Of a DNA stretch of 64,000 bases, positions 36,701 to 45,444 are shown in pieces. Below the pieces are notes generated by a model. The model searched no databases. It was not told the origin of the DNA and saw only the letters and a list, made by a program, of their open reading frames with translations. Origin of the DNA: Candidatus Bathyarchaeota archaeon (GTDB taxonomy: Archaea; Thermoproteota; Bathyarchaeia; Bathyarchaeales; Bathycorpusculaceae). Each line of letters begins with the position of its first letter. Within the stretch, counting starts at the first letter, position 1. Position numbers and translations under genes: made by a program. The stretch is taken from contig OY969706.1 in the NCBI GenBank assembly GCA_963702095.1, forward strand, positions 1,024,001 to 1,088,000, given 5' to 3'.

Positions 36701-39637
36701 GAAGATCTGTCGATTCAAAGAATAAATGAATTCTCCCAAAATCTCAAGTTAGGTGTAGCTGAAGGCATTACTGACTATTTACTTACGTTCGAAAAATCTA
36801 GGCTGCAATTTGCAACTAACCTTGGTTTGAAGGCGACTGGTAAGCAAAAAAGAAAGGCTCAAGAACTTATCCAAAAGCATTTTGGGGCTGTTACTCTCGG
36901 GTTAATAGGTCAGGGTCAAGAAGGCCTTGTGTTCAGTGACGGAACTAATGCATACAAATACTTCATCAAGAATGGTATCCAAAAGAAGAGTGGGCTGCTT
37001 GACCTTATCCGGGATAAGCTTAATTCGTCAGCAGAGCTCAAGCGAATTGTTGCAGTTGAGAATCTCATTGTTGAAGATAACCAAGTTTTGTTAAGCATGC
37101 CATTGATAGAAGGAAGCCACTATAATGGCGGCAGGATAACAGAATTCCTCGAACTCTTAAGAGAATGCAAGAGGGCAGGCATAGTCACAACAAACCTTTG
37201 GCCAAAAAACCTCATCGTTGGCAAGAATGGTCTGGTTTATGTTGACATTGGAAGGAGTTTAGCGCCTTTCCGAGAAGACCTCTTCAATGAAATGTGCAAG
37301 AGAGCATACCTAACCTATAGGTGGCACTTCAGGTCCGACCTCAAAGAACTGCTTACAAAAAGCCTACAGAACCCTAATCTACCAGAACTATTCGGGTTTG
37401 AAGAATTCAAGAAATCAATCGAAAAAGTAGATGTTCATACACAAATGGATAACTACCTAATCCACGAATGTCTCAAATCAAATCCTCGGACTGTGCTAGA
37501 TTTTGGTTGTGGCACAGGCACTATAGCTGACCAACTTGCCCATTATGGCTGTAAGGTAGATTGCTATGACCCTAACCCTGATAGATTCAATAGTCGACCA
37601 CACAGAGAGAATGTAACTTTACTGCAGCTAAACGACGTGGATAAGTCGGTTAAAGATGGACAAGGCTACGACTTAGTTTTGTGTAATCTAGTGCTATGTT
37701 CAATAGAATCTGACATTGAGGTCGAAGCGATAATGCAGCGACTTAGAAGCTTGACATCGCAGAATGGGCGGGCTATTATAGGATTGTGCAATCCCCTCTC
37801 GGATGAGGTTAAAACAAGCCCAAGCCAAACAAGAAACGTTACACACAACCAGTACCACGATCAATATGCCATTACAGAAACTACGCCCAAAGGTAATCAA
37901 AGGACAGATTGGCATCGACCCATCAGTTGGTATGAACACATGGCCCACCAAGCAGGTCTTGAAATAGAAAAAACGGTCGAAGTTCCAGGCGTAGACACCG
38001 AACGACTATCCCCCAGCAGCGACCAAATTTTGTTAGTACTACGTCCGTTGATCCAACCAAAACAAATCAAAACAGTCTCTTTAATGATAAAAGCCAGTGC
38101 TATGGAATGGCAAACTATTGAAAAACAGGTTAGGCACATTGTTTCGCAACTGGAAGGACCACAGAAATTCATCGAAAAAATAGTCGTCACTGACACAGCA
38201 ACAGAAGGCTTCGCAAGACAATACGCCAAACCAAACCTGGAGAAATTCCAGCAAGCCCTCCAAAAACTCACAGAGGACCATGTCATTGATCGAATAATTT
38301 CAGCCCCAGATAATTCAGAGCAAATCAAGGAAGTTTACCAAAAATGGTTTGGTATCGAATGCTCAAAACCACGCGTTATAACCAACGGGCAACCGGCTTT
38401 TATGACACTTTATGGATTCGACCAGTGCAAAAGCAACTACATACTGCAGATGGATTGTGACTGCATATTCTTTAGACGCTCACGCTCACACGACTATCTT
38501 GGAGAAATGATTAGTCTTCTTGAAAGCGACCACACAGCAGTAACAGTTGCTTTGCCAATTCCATATGGTGAACCACAACCCTTCAAAAAAGAAAATGAAA
38601 ACACACCATTCAGGGTCGAAGTAAGGTGCTGTCTGCTAAACTTGTCAAAACTTAAATCCATGCTACCACTAGAAAACAAATTGAAAGATGGCCAGTTAAG
38701 CTTGCCCTGGCACCGCAGCTTGGATTTAGCGATATCAAAGGGAAAAGCAACTTCTTATCGAGGCGGCAATCCCCAGACATGCTTTGTGCATGTACCGAAC
38801 TTTAGGAAAATTGACGTAAACGACTGGATGAGTATACTAGATGCAGCAGAAAACGGCAGAATGATTCCAGAGCAACTAAACAAAATACAGCTAGCTGGCG
38901 AAGCGGCAGACTGGCTAGGAAAACGAAACGAAGAAATGGTTATTCTAATGCGAGGACGCAATGTCCCTCTCTCAAAAGTCCGCCGCTGTGTGGCTTCTTT
39001 GCAGGCTCAATCTTTCAAAAACTGGTCAGCAATAATAATTGACGCTAATTCGTCTAATGGACTTGAGGAATTGTACGAGTTTTCATTAAGGAAATCCATT
39101 GGACACAAAGCCACTTATGTTCGCAACCATGTTTTAATGTCTCCGATGGAAAACATCGAATACGCAACCAGTAGCATATGCATGAACCCCCAATCAATCA
39201 TACTGCACCTAGACTTAGACGATGCACTCATAGGAACAGACGCTTTAAGAAAGGTCAAAGATGCCTACGACAAAGGAGCAGACGTAACAGTAGGGTCAAT
39301 GCTTAGGACCGACAAACAAGCGGAATATCAAGTGACCTTAAAGAATCCCCGTTCTAATCGGGGCGGAAACGTTTGGCAACACCTTCGAACCTACCGAAAA
39401 TACATCTACGACACAGTGCCCAAGGAGTACTTCAAAGTTGACGGAGAATGGGTTACTCATAGCGAGGACTGGGCTTTCATGATCCCCATGGTAGAACTCT
39501 CAAAGAATCCGGTTCATATCAAAGATAAGATATACTTCTACGAGCCGTCAGAGGATAAGCCAAACAGGGATATCCAAGAAAGGGAAACCCTTATCGCTAA
39601 AATCATAGCTAAGCCATCCCTGGGGGGTAAGAATTGA
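33707..39637 (+). CDS. 1976-aa fusion: NDP-sugar dehydrogenase, several GT-A/GT2 glycosyltransferase domains, kinase-like domain, SAM methyltransferase
   Basis: GIGAVG, IKST, NPEFLRE, GPYGGKCVPKD; IIPT..LLDDDD..GGFDE..TDRD; ILDDD; GQGQEG..PKNLIV..VDIG; LDFGCGTG; QMDCD; IIDANS..HLDLDD..SEDW. Confidence 0.85.
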   Translation: MMAKIDKKIGIIGIGAVGTPLKATCEVYFKEVKEYDKKGNYDWQPILGCNIVFICVPTPEGAAERLDCSCIEEVLTRLDNDRFLGIVAIKSTLAVGFMDKACDFHPNLRLVYNPEFLREKSAFQWTVNPDRIVVSGDLSDAKEVLSVFVWAEHAKTIITDHRSAEIGKLAHNAFIATKVAFTNEMERICQKLEANVEDVMDVVTSDRRVISKEHLQPYLGPYGGKCVPKDIKELKNASKSNFLQAVEDVNEETKRRYGANENKVGCNLTPKSEIRIVTIIPTRSRLTQLEKALTNVAKQTRPPDELIVVGDEKTDLPTDRKAMESKFIKTKVSWLFNARTKNLSGAINTATQFLIKTEIDPERTYLALLDDDDRWAPDYLQTLVDRATSALQDLVISGLIRHETEGDAGTKQTIPQAINQNMFLVGNPHIQGSNLFVKMSTFLRAGGFDENLPSCTDRDFMIRLLDLGNIQYSCIQRHLVHHYASSASRLSKYGSASKIGGLTRFLRKYQDRMTAQESLQFKKRAKTLFGWTESIVQQSAEISSLPPPPKSTNKHAFHLVVGFTASHLSCAGKLLRDLSVFQKRFPQPISLVILDNTENRKQLEQLVAENKTGLFSSRLISESEVYQDADAGKLGTFYVNRERRKGPSYGRTALHRFLYLTGVELENPVFWILDDDVRLDKIVYASNNQVIIPEQFQEIVDYLLEQKVAICVAGIMGDPPLPIESSIRGQLLELSHYLRKQTGNAHSEKKLDADAVAERFPDQYYDLSTSRYDHLETPIKVSLNIDGLAFAQCIDSLFEGRNQLRPALPTNASIIMRGGNTIVTDIECLRTHINSSPRINGVELRRGDTSWVELNRYVGGELVGYENKQVISLPLFLRQERAPTFKAKLLGETLAADLLGGAFVRAFTHLFQKRSENSKEMVDIGSTLAFSEEDCHTVIAETMRNLEQRLTILHMSAWRINGLISSIRYQIANGSGTTANMLNQEETTRLYAVLKWIDEDLSIQRINEFSQNLKLGVAEGITDYLLTFEKSRLQFATNLGLKATGKQKRKAQELIQKHFGAVTLGLIGQGQEGLVFSDGTNAYKYFIKNGIQKKSGLLDLIRDKLNSSAELKRIVAVENLIVEDNQVLLSMPLIEGSHYNGGRITEFLELLRECKRAGIVTTNLWPKNLIVGKNGLVYVDIGRSLAPFREDLFNEMCKRAYLTYRWHFRSDLKELLTKSLQNPNLPELFGFEEFKKSIEKVDVHTQMDNYLIHECLKSNPRTVLDFGCGTGTIADQLAHYGCKVDCYDPNPDRFNSRPHRENVTLLQLNDVDKSVKDGQGYDLVLCNLVLCSIESDIEVEAIMQRLRSLTSQNGRAIIGLCNPLSDEVKTSPSQTRNVTHNQYHDQYAITETTPKGNQRTDWHRPISWYEHMAHQAGLEIEKTVEVPGVDTERLSPSSDQILLVLRPLIQPKQIKTVSLMIKASAMEWQTIEKQVRHIVSQLEGPQKFIEKIVVTDTATEGFARQYAKPNLEKFQQALQKLTEDHVIDRIISAPDNSEQIKEVYQKWFGIECSKPRVITNGQPAFMTLYGFDQCKSNYILQMDCDCIFFRRSRSHDYLGEMISLLESDHTAVTVALPIPYGEPQPFKKENENTPFRVEVRCCLLNLSKLKSMLPLENKLKDGQLSLPWHRSLDLAISKGKATSYRGGNPQTCFVHVPNFRKIDVNDWMSILDAAENGRMIPEQLNKIQLAGEAADWLGKRNEEMVILMRGRNVPLSKVRRCVASLQAQSFKNWSAIIIDANSSNGLEELYEFSLRKSIGHKATYVRNHVLMSPMENIEYATSSICMNPQSIILHLDLDDALIGTDALRKVKDAYDKGADVTVGSMLRTDKQAEYQVTLKNPRSNRGGNVWQHLRTYRKYIYDTVPKEYFKVDGEWVTHSEDWAFMIPMVELSKNPVHIKDKIYFYEPSEDKPNRDIQERETLIAKIIAKPSLGGKN

Positions 39638-40197
39638 ACAAACCAATCATCTCTGTCATCGGCGACACCCATATGGAGCCTGGCGGAGCCAAATGGAACA
39701 CTGCTGAAGAGCTTGGAGAAAAACTAGCAACCGCAGGATACCGCATAATGACCGGGGGGCTCGGAGACTTACCAAAAGCAATAGCTAAAGGGGCCAGAAA
39801 ATCCTCTGGCTACATAGATGGAACACTAATTGCCATTCTTCCAGGATTTGACCCTTCAATAGCCCAAGACTACGCAGACATAGTCATCGCAACAGGGCTG
39901 GATCAAGCTAGAAACCTCATCATAGCCAACTGCGACGCCATTATAGCAGTCGGTGGTGGCGCCGGTACACTATCAGAAATAGCCCTCGCATGGTCGCTAA
40001 AACGCCTAATAATAGCGTTTGATCTTCCGGGATGGAGCGGTTCATTAGGAAACCACAGAATCGATGGCAGAAAGCGCTACAATGAAATTTCAGAGGATAA
40101 AATCTATAAAATCACAACGTGTAACGGTGCCCTTGAAAAATTGAATCATTACTTGCCAAAATACACAAGACGCCACAATGGTATTAAAGTAAAATAG
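39634..40197 (+). CDS. SLOG/LOG-superfamily protein (TIGR00725-like)
   Basis: MTGGLG, IAILPG, ARNLII, VGGGAGTLSEIALAW; 4-bp overlap with the giant gene. Confidence 0.85.
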   Translation: MNKPIISVIGDTHMEPGGAKWNTAEELGEKLATAGYRIMTGGLGDLPKAIAKGARKSSGYIDGTLIAILPGFDPSIAQDYADIVIATGLDQARNLIIANCDAIIAVGGGAGTLSEIALAWSLKRLIIAFDLPGWSGSLGNHRIDGRKRYNEISEDKIYKITTCNGALEKLNHYLPKYTRRHNGIKVK

Positions 40198-40216
40198 TGT
40201 TCAATCTTATTGACTA

Positions 40217-40942
40217 TCAAGACTCTCCACTGAAAGAATCAAGTATACTCTCAGCAATTTTTCTCACTTTAAATTCTTCATCTTCTGACTGAGGCACCGA
40301 TAAGGAAATTTCAATGATGTTATCAATTCCGACAATTTGAGCATGGATGTCTTTTCCAAAAAGCTCAAAAAAGTTTGAGTTTTTGCCTTCCCATCTGTCT
40401 AGAAAGGTATTTGTTGCTCTGCTGAATTTTTCGATCTTAGACATATTAAGCTCCATTAACTTTTTCTCAAAAACCGCTCTTATACTCCACCGATTAGACA
40501 AATGGTCTATCGAGAACTTGTACCCTTCTTTTTTAGTGATAATTAACTCAGATTTATTTAGTGGCAAAGTATCGTCGAGCGTTTTTTGAGACTCAGTAAG
40601 AAGGTTAATCATGTCTTCAAAGCCTAGAAGTTGGATCAGATGAACCCCAGCAATAGCCCTAACTGGATCAATCTCCTTCTGTTCAAGAGTTTTCAGTAAT
40701 TTAGAGTGAACCCATGCTCTTCGATCTTTTACCTTCATCTCTCGAGGAGCACTTTTTCTCAACTCATAAGTGACGCTACGGATTTCTTCAGCTAGATCTA
40801 CCAAGCCTGCGAATTCTTTTTTCTCTGTAAGATATACATTCGATTTGATGATACTTTTGGCGGCATCATAGTCTCGAAGCCAAAGGTTATCCCTAATTTC
40901 ACAGATTGTACTTACTAGCTGGTTGATGTTCTGTTCACTCAT
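40217..40942 (-). CDS. Hypothetical protein
   Basis: 241-aa ORF with ATGA overlap to the upstream nuclease gene. Confidence 0.65.
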   Translation of the reverse strand: MSEQNINQLVSTICEIRDNLWLRDYDAAKSIIKSNVYLTEKKEFAGLVDLAEEIRSVTYELRKSAPREMKVKDRRAWVHSKLLKTLEQKEIDPVRAIAGVHLIQLLGFEDMINLLTESQKTLDDTLPLNKSELIITKKEGYKFSIDHLSNRWSIRAVFEKKLMELNMSKIEKFSRATNTFLDRWEGKNSNFFELFGKDIHAQIVGIDNIIEISLSVPQSEDEEFKVRKIAESILDSFSGES

Positions 40943-41700
40943 TTTTCAACCCTCAAGATGTAGGCGTCATAACGTCGTCTATTTTGATTTCTTGCCGCTA
41001 AGAAAACAAAACCAGTGTAAGATCTGCCTATAAGCGACTGAAGTTGCTCAAGAGCATGCGAAAGCCTATTTGGTTCTAGCGCACCGGTAAATCCCTTTAC
41101 CTCTGCTAATAATGGAACACGATAACTATTTCTACCAACGAGCGCTGAAAGTTTATGAGCGTTATCATAAACCAGAAAATCAGGAACCAAGAATGTAGCT
41201 TTCTTGCCTGGTCTCAAATGGCTAATCTCTGAAGGACTTACTCCCATCTCAGTTAGAAGAAAATATGTGAATAACGATTCTCCAATCTCACCTGAAACAT
41301 CTCCAGAAAATGTTTTCTTAACTAAACAAGTCGCACCTTTGGGAGCCCGCGAACTAGACCTATTTATCGGAAGTCTTCTTCCAAAGCTGTAATAACAAAA
41401 ATTATCGTCTATTCTACTCACTTGTTTTTCAGAAAATCTACTATTGCAAATCTCCAATGTAGCCAAGTTGACGGAAAAGTTCCTAAAAATTGTGCAAACA
41501 CTACGATTGATATTATCAATTATTTGTTTTGCATCTGACTTCAGTTGCGCCTTCAGTTTTGCCCAGAACGCTAATTGTTGAAGGATATTCAAATAGATCA
41601 ACTGTAAGCAAATGAGCAAGCGGATTGGCAGACATACTTTCTCAATTGAACTGTGTTCTTCAGAAGAGCATATTAGCTTTTGTGCGCGCCATACTTTCAA
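40939..41700 (-). CDS. PD-(D/E)xK nuclease-like protein (start uncertain)
   Basis: GEIGE...VPDF...AEVKG...ALEQL pattern. Confidence 0.65.
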   Translation of the reverse strand: MKVWRAQKLICSSEEHSSIEKVCLPIRLLICLQLIYLNILQQLAFWAKLKAQLKSDAKQIIDNINRSVCTIFRNFSVNLATLEICNSRFSEKQVSRIDDNFCYYSFGRRLPINRSSSRAPKGATCLVKKTFSGDVSGEIGESLFTYFLLTEMGVSPSEISHLRPGKKATFLVPDFLVYDNAHKLSALVGRNSYRVPLLAEVKGFTGALEPNRLSHALEQLQSLIGRSYTGFVFLAARNQNRRRYDAYILRVEK

Positions 41701-41882
41701 AACGTTTCTAGGACAATAGCTCAGATCTAGTAATCCAGATAATTACCATAAAGACTAATGAATTAACGGGTCAAGAGCATCTCGAATAGTGAATATCTGT
41801 TTGCTATTAGTTGCTATTTCTTGTGATCTCTCGTCGTAACTTCTTTTAAGAGTTATGAGCGCAAGCTTCGTAAACAATTGTT

Positions 41883-42425
41883 TTACTGTGTTGTTCTCTC
41901 ATGTGAACAGTTCTCGGCTAGACGCTCTGTTAGATAGTAGAATCTTGGAACTGTACGCTGTGGATTGGCAACGATTTTGCCTTTCCGTCGCAAACGAAGG
42001 ATAATTCGCCTGAATGCATCATGTTTGAGCTCTAAAAAGTCTTGATAGCTGAATTCACGCTTTATGTCGTTTGCTTTGTTTAGGATGTAGCCCTCAAGAA
42101 GAAGACTACTAAATGTTCTCTGATACTCCTTCTTTACACAACTCAAATCATAGGGCTCGCGCCGGGGCTTGCTGACCTGGTATTGGAAAACGTTGGTCTG
42201 CTGAATATTGATAACCTGTTTCCCACTGCGAACCTCCGCAGCGCCCTCAGTTCCTTTCATGAAGGCGTCTACTAAGCTTAGGGTGATGTGGCATACGTCC
42301 ATGCCGTTATCTTTGGCCCACTGGACATATTCCTTCCAGCGCTGATAATGCCGCATGTTCGGCGCCCTAAAATTACAGATCAAATTCTTGGGCTGAACAC
42401 CACTGACCGCTTTTTGCTCTTCCAC
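41883..42425 (-). CDS. Hypothetical DNA-binding protein (RHH-like N-terminus, wHTH-like C-terminus)
   Basis: FRRIILRLRRKGKI..PRFYYL; located at the right end of element 1. Confidence 0.55.
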   Translation of the reverse strand: MEEQKAVSGVQPKNLICNFRAPNMRHYQRWKEYVQWAKDNGMDVCHITLSLVDAFMKGTEGAAEVRSGKQVINIQQTNVFQYQVSKPRREPYDLSCVKKEYQRTFSSLLLEGYILNKANDIKREFSYQDFLELKHDAFRRIILRLRRKGKIVANPQRTVPRFYYLTERLAENCSHERTTQ

Positions 42426-42542
42426 TTGCTATCTCAGCCCCAAAACAAAAGAAAAAAATGGGTGGTGAAAAGTCAGTACAAAAGTCTCACGTGTGCGGCG
42501 GATCTGGATACGTAAAAATCGTATAAATGCAAGACATGTATG

Positions 42543-42557
42543 GCGGGTCCGACGGTT
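42543..42557 (-). repeat. att-like direct repeat copy 2
   Basis: Identical to 2595-2609; minus strand of 42541-42555 reads CCGTCGGACCCGCCA (ends in CCA); 43 bp from the integrase 2 stop. Confidence 0.75.
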
Positions 42558-42600
42558 GTAGACCACATACACACGAAAGAATACTAGATTTTTGGGGTAT

Positions 42601-44094
42601 TTAGGTAGCCTCCTTACGGATAATCTGCTTAAGATTCTCTGCAAGAATCGATAGCTGATGATTCTGCGTCTGGTCCTGTGTTTCTGTGTGGTTGCCTCGG
42701 ATTAATGCATCTTTGGATAGGATTTCTTCTGGGTTTCCGCCCCATGCGCGTATGATCTCTTTGAGCTGGTCAATTCTGTTAGCTTGGGTCTTAGGTCTAA
42801 TCGCTAAGCCGGCTGTCTGGTAGAGGTTTCTTAGGGTTTCTATGCCTAAGCTCTGGACGTCTTCGTAAGTGTTGATTGTGTGTCCCATCATGTACTCGAT
42901 GATTTCGGTGTCGATTTTTGCTGTGCTGAGTTGGCTTCGGAAGAATTTTCTCAAGCTGTGAGTTCTAACGGTGTACATCCAACTGTTGGGTAGTTTTTTA
43001 GAGACGTTAGTGCTGACTGCTAAAGTATGTACGATGTGTCTGATGGCTTTCTCGCTGACGCCTAACACTCGGTTTGTGACTTGTTGGTTTCGGATGAGTG
43101 GGGCATCGTCTGTTAGGGTTTCTGGTGGCATTGATCTGCCGCCTCTTTGTCGGTCTTGAAGGTACAGTTTTAGCAGTTGGCATGCTTCTGCGTTTATGAA
43201 GGTGTCGTAGTCGTGGTATTTTCCTTTGGTTATGGCGGCTTCAACGTGGATGTGGATGGGTACGCGGCCTGCTTCATAGTCTTCTTTTATGTGTCGGTAT
43301 TTGAGTTTGGCAAAGGTTCCTTCACGGAATGCGCCTGAGGTTATAGCTGCGATGATGAATGCTTCTCGTACTGCGGCTTTGTCTAGCATCAATGCGATTT
43401 CTTCTGGTTTTGGCGCTCGGTCTTTGTATGTTACTTTGCGGCTTAGCGGTTCGTCGAGTTCAACTTTTTTTACTCCGTTAACTCGGTAGAAAGTTTTTAT
43501 GGATTTTATGTGGTTGCTGACTGCGCCTGAGCTGAGGTCTTGGTCTTGGAGGTGGGCTAAGTAGTCGCTTAAGAATTCGCAGTGGCTTTGCACTTTTATT
43601 GGGTCTGGGATTGCGCCGACGGGTTTGACGTCTTGGATGATTATATCGGGGTTATGGCCTAACCATTCTGCGTATTTCTTGGTTTTAGTCGTGTAAATAA
43701 TGCAGCTGGAGTGCGAGGCTGAGCAGTGTCTTAAGAAGTGTCGTGCGATTTTTAGCATGCTCTGGTACTCAAAGATGTATGGAATTATGCTTGACTGGTT
43801 TCTTAGGCATGAGCGTATGATGTAGTCTACGAGTCCTTTTTCTTGGGCAGCTAAGATTTTGCTGAGTTGGATGGTTATAGGCTGTCGGAGTTTCCAGCCG
43901 TCTATGCTTCGCTCGATGGTGACGGTGTCGCCTTGGATTATCAGCGGTAGGTTGAGGCTTTTTAGTTCTTCAACGGAGAGGTTGCGGTTGCGGGTTATAG
44001 CGGAGGCTAAAGATGCTGTGCGTTGTAGCAATCTAGTTTTCTCCTTTGGAGCTTTTTGCTCTTCGAGTTTTTCGCTCCGATGGTCGGAACGCAT
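42601..44094 (-). CDS. Tyrosine recombinase / integrase (element 2)
   Basis: GAFRE, ITKGK, HSLRK, MMGH, TYED; shares e.g. ITKGKYHDYDTF and VTYKDRAPKPEE with integrase 1. Confidence 0.92.
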   Translation of the reverse strand: MRSDHRSEKLEEQKAPKEKTRLLQRTASLASAITRNRNLSVEELKSLNLPLIIQGDTVTIERSIDGWKLRQPITIQLSKILAAQEKGLVDYIIRSCLRNQSSIIPYIFEYQSMLKIARHFLRHCSASHSSCIIYTTKTKKYAEWLGHNPDIIIQDVKPVGAIPDPIKVQSHCEFLSDYLAHLQDQDLSSGAVSNHIKSIKTFYRVNGVKKVELDEPLSRKVTYKDRAPKPEEIALMLDKAAVREAFIIAAITSGAFREGTFAKLKYRHIKEDYEAGRVPIHIHVEAAITKGKYHDYDTFINAEACQLLKLYLQDRQRGGRSMPPETLTDDAPLIRNQQVTNRVLGVSEKAIRHIVHTLAVSTNVSKKLPNSWMYTVRTHSLRKFFRSQLSTAKIDTEIIEYMMGHTINTYEDVQSLGIETLRNLYQTAGLAIRPKTQANRIDQLKEIIRAWGGNPEEILSKDALIRGNHTETQDQTQNHQLSILAENLKQIIRKEAT

Positions 44095-44542
44095 ACTCAG
44101 ACTCTTGTATAGACTGATTGCTTTTTAAATTCAATTCATGATTTTCTGGTAGACGCTGCAAACCAACCTTAAGCCGTTGCAAGTCCAAAATGTCGCTTTT
44201 CAGAAGCACTAAACCTGAAGCTTTTGGGTCGCCGCCATGAAGCGTAGGCGGTCCAGCGTCTCTATCCCACGACAAAATGAGGTATAACTCGCAATCGTAG
44301 ACTAACCAGCCGACGGCTTCTCTTTTCTGCGGTTTCATCGCAACAGCCAAGTTTCGGTTGTAGAGGACATGGTCTAAATAGCGGACAAAAATCAGCTGCT
44401 GAGATGGGTTTGGGGGGCTGGTGCCTGAATCCCGTTTTAGAGATGACTTATGGTTTGTGCCTCCAATGCTGCCTGGGGGTTGTGTCGCGTTTGGTGTAAG
44501 TTCAGCCATTCCCTCCCACCCAGCAAGCCTATGATTTGACAA
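44033..44542 (-). CDS. Integrase-associated hypothetical protein
   Basis: Paralog of 4088-4480; true start probably ATG 44509. Confidence 0.75.
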   Translation of the reverse strand: MSNHRLAGWEGMAELTPNATQPPGSIGGTNHKSSLKRDSGTSPPNPSQQLIFVRYLDHVLYNRNLAVAMKPQKREAVGWLVYDCELYLILSWDRDAGPPTLHGGDPKASGLVLLKSDILDLQRLKVGLQRLPENHELNLKSNQSIQESEYAFRPSERKTRRAKSSKGEN

Positions 44543-44873
44543 AGTCTAAATCCGATATTCCAAGCGTATCGCACAGATTCTTGAATGCCTGCAAAGCTTC
44601 CACTTGCTTTTTTTGGTCAGAAATCGATAGAATTCTGTTTTTGAGTAGTTCAAGCTCAGCCTTCAGGTCCAACTCTTCGATAAGCTGTAGTCTTTGTTCA
44701 TGGTCGTTTAGTACAAAGTTGATTTTGTTTAGGATGGCGCCGATGTCTGCGATGATTTCCTGAACCGATACTTTTTTGGGTTTTACCAAGCCCTTTTCAC
44801 CTTGACCAACTCTCAGGCTCATCATAAAAAGTATCTGCCCCCGCAAAGTGCTCATCACTTTGAAGGGTACCAC
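44529..44873 (-). CDS. Hypothetical coiled-coil protein (start uncertain)
   Basis: Heptad-like helical segment; co-oriented with the element core. Confidence 0.5.
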   Translation of the reverse strand: MVPFKVMSTLRGQILFMMSLRVGQGEKGLVKPKKVSVQEIIADIGAILNKINFVLNDHEQRLQLIEELDLKAELELLKNRILSISDQKKQVEALQAFKNLCDTLGISDLDFVKS

Positions 44874-44888
44874 AAAGTGACGTATCTT

Positions 44889-45275
44889 TTACAGATATAT
44901 TGAGAGCACGTCAACCATGATTTCTAAGTCAGTTTCTTTTGCGACTTGGATAAATTCGTTTAGGTTTGTCTTGCTAAGGGTAAGGGCAGCTTCTGCTTTG
45001 ATGCTTAATGTGTAAAGTGGTGATAAAAAGTGGGCTTTTGCTGGTCGCACTCCATACTTTATTATCCAGCCCTGCTCACACAAGGCCTTCATGCGCCTAT
45101 CGACACTTTGCCGTTTGACGTGCCTAAAACCCTTAATATGCCTAATTTTCAAGTACATATCATAACTTGTCAGCGGGTTCTTTGCATCAAGAACTAGGAG
45201 TATAACACGGTTAAGTTTGGCTTCTCGGCCACTGAAGACATCAAGTTCTGTGCTCCTGTTTCTCTTCCGCGTCAC
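44889..45275 (-). CDS. Winged-helix DNA-binding protein, copy A
   Basis: LTSYDMYLKIR..VKRQSVDRRMKALCEQGWI..PLYTLS; paralog of 48271-48654. Confidence 0.75.
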   Translation of the reverse strand: MTRKRNRSTELDVFSGREAKLNRVILLVLDAKNPLTSYDMYLKIRHIKGFRHVKRQSVDRRMKALCEQGWIIKYGVRPAKAHFLSPLYTLSIKAEAALTLSKTNLNEFIQVAKETDLEIMVDVLSIYL

Positions 45276-45281
45276 AGATGT

Positions 45282-45360
45282 TTACCCTCCAGACGGCTTT
45301 GGAGGGCAAGAAAGCATGGAGTTTAGTTCTTACCATGCCCTGCTGTTGTTTTGGGCAGGC
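45282..45360 (-). promoter_or_regulatory. Structured 5' leader of wHTH copy A
   Basis: Minus strand TTGCCCTCC/GGAGGGTAA stem covering an SD-like GGAGG, plus two further hairpins; covaries with 48662-48721. Confidence 0.5.
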
Positions 45361-45444
45361 AGACGCTCGCTTCTCCTTTCAAAAGTTGTTATTTCTTGGT
45401 TTTCCTTTTTCAAGGACCCTTCTATGTCATTAAGAGTTTGAGCC

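Larger units (their letters stand above)
2595..42557. mobile_element. Integrative element 1 / defence island (~40 kb)
   Basis: Bounded by 15-bp direct repeats, integrase at the left end, RHH/HTH core genes, defence cargo. Confidence 0.75.

Noticed and set aside
42500-42620. Complete tRNA gene at the att repeats
   Set aside because: Only 13-15 bp match a tRNA 3' end; no TTCRA T-loop or cloverleaf adjoins either copy.
42429-42644. 71-aa ORF overlapping integrase 2 end
   Set aside because: Spans the element junction and overlaps the integrase; no motif.
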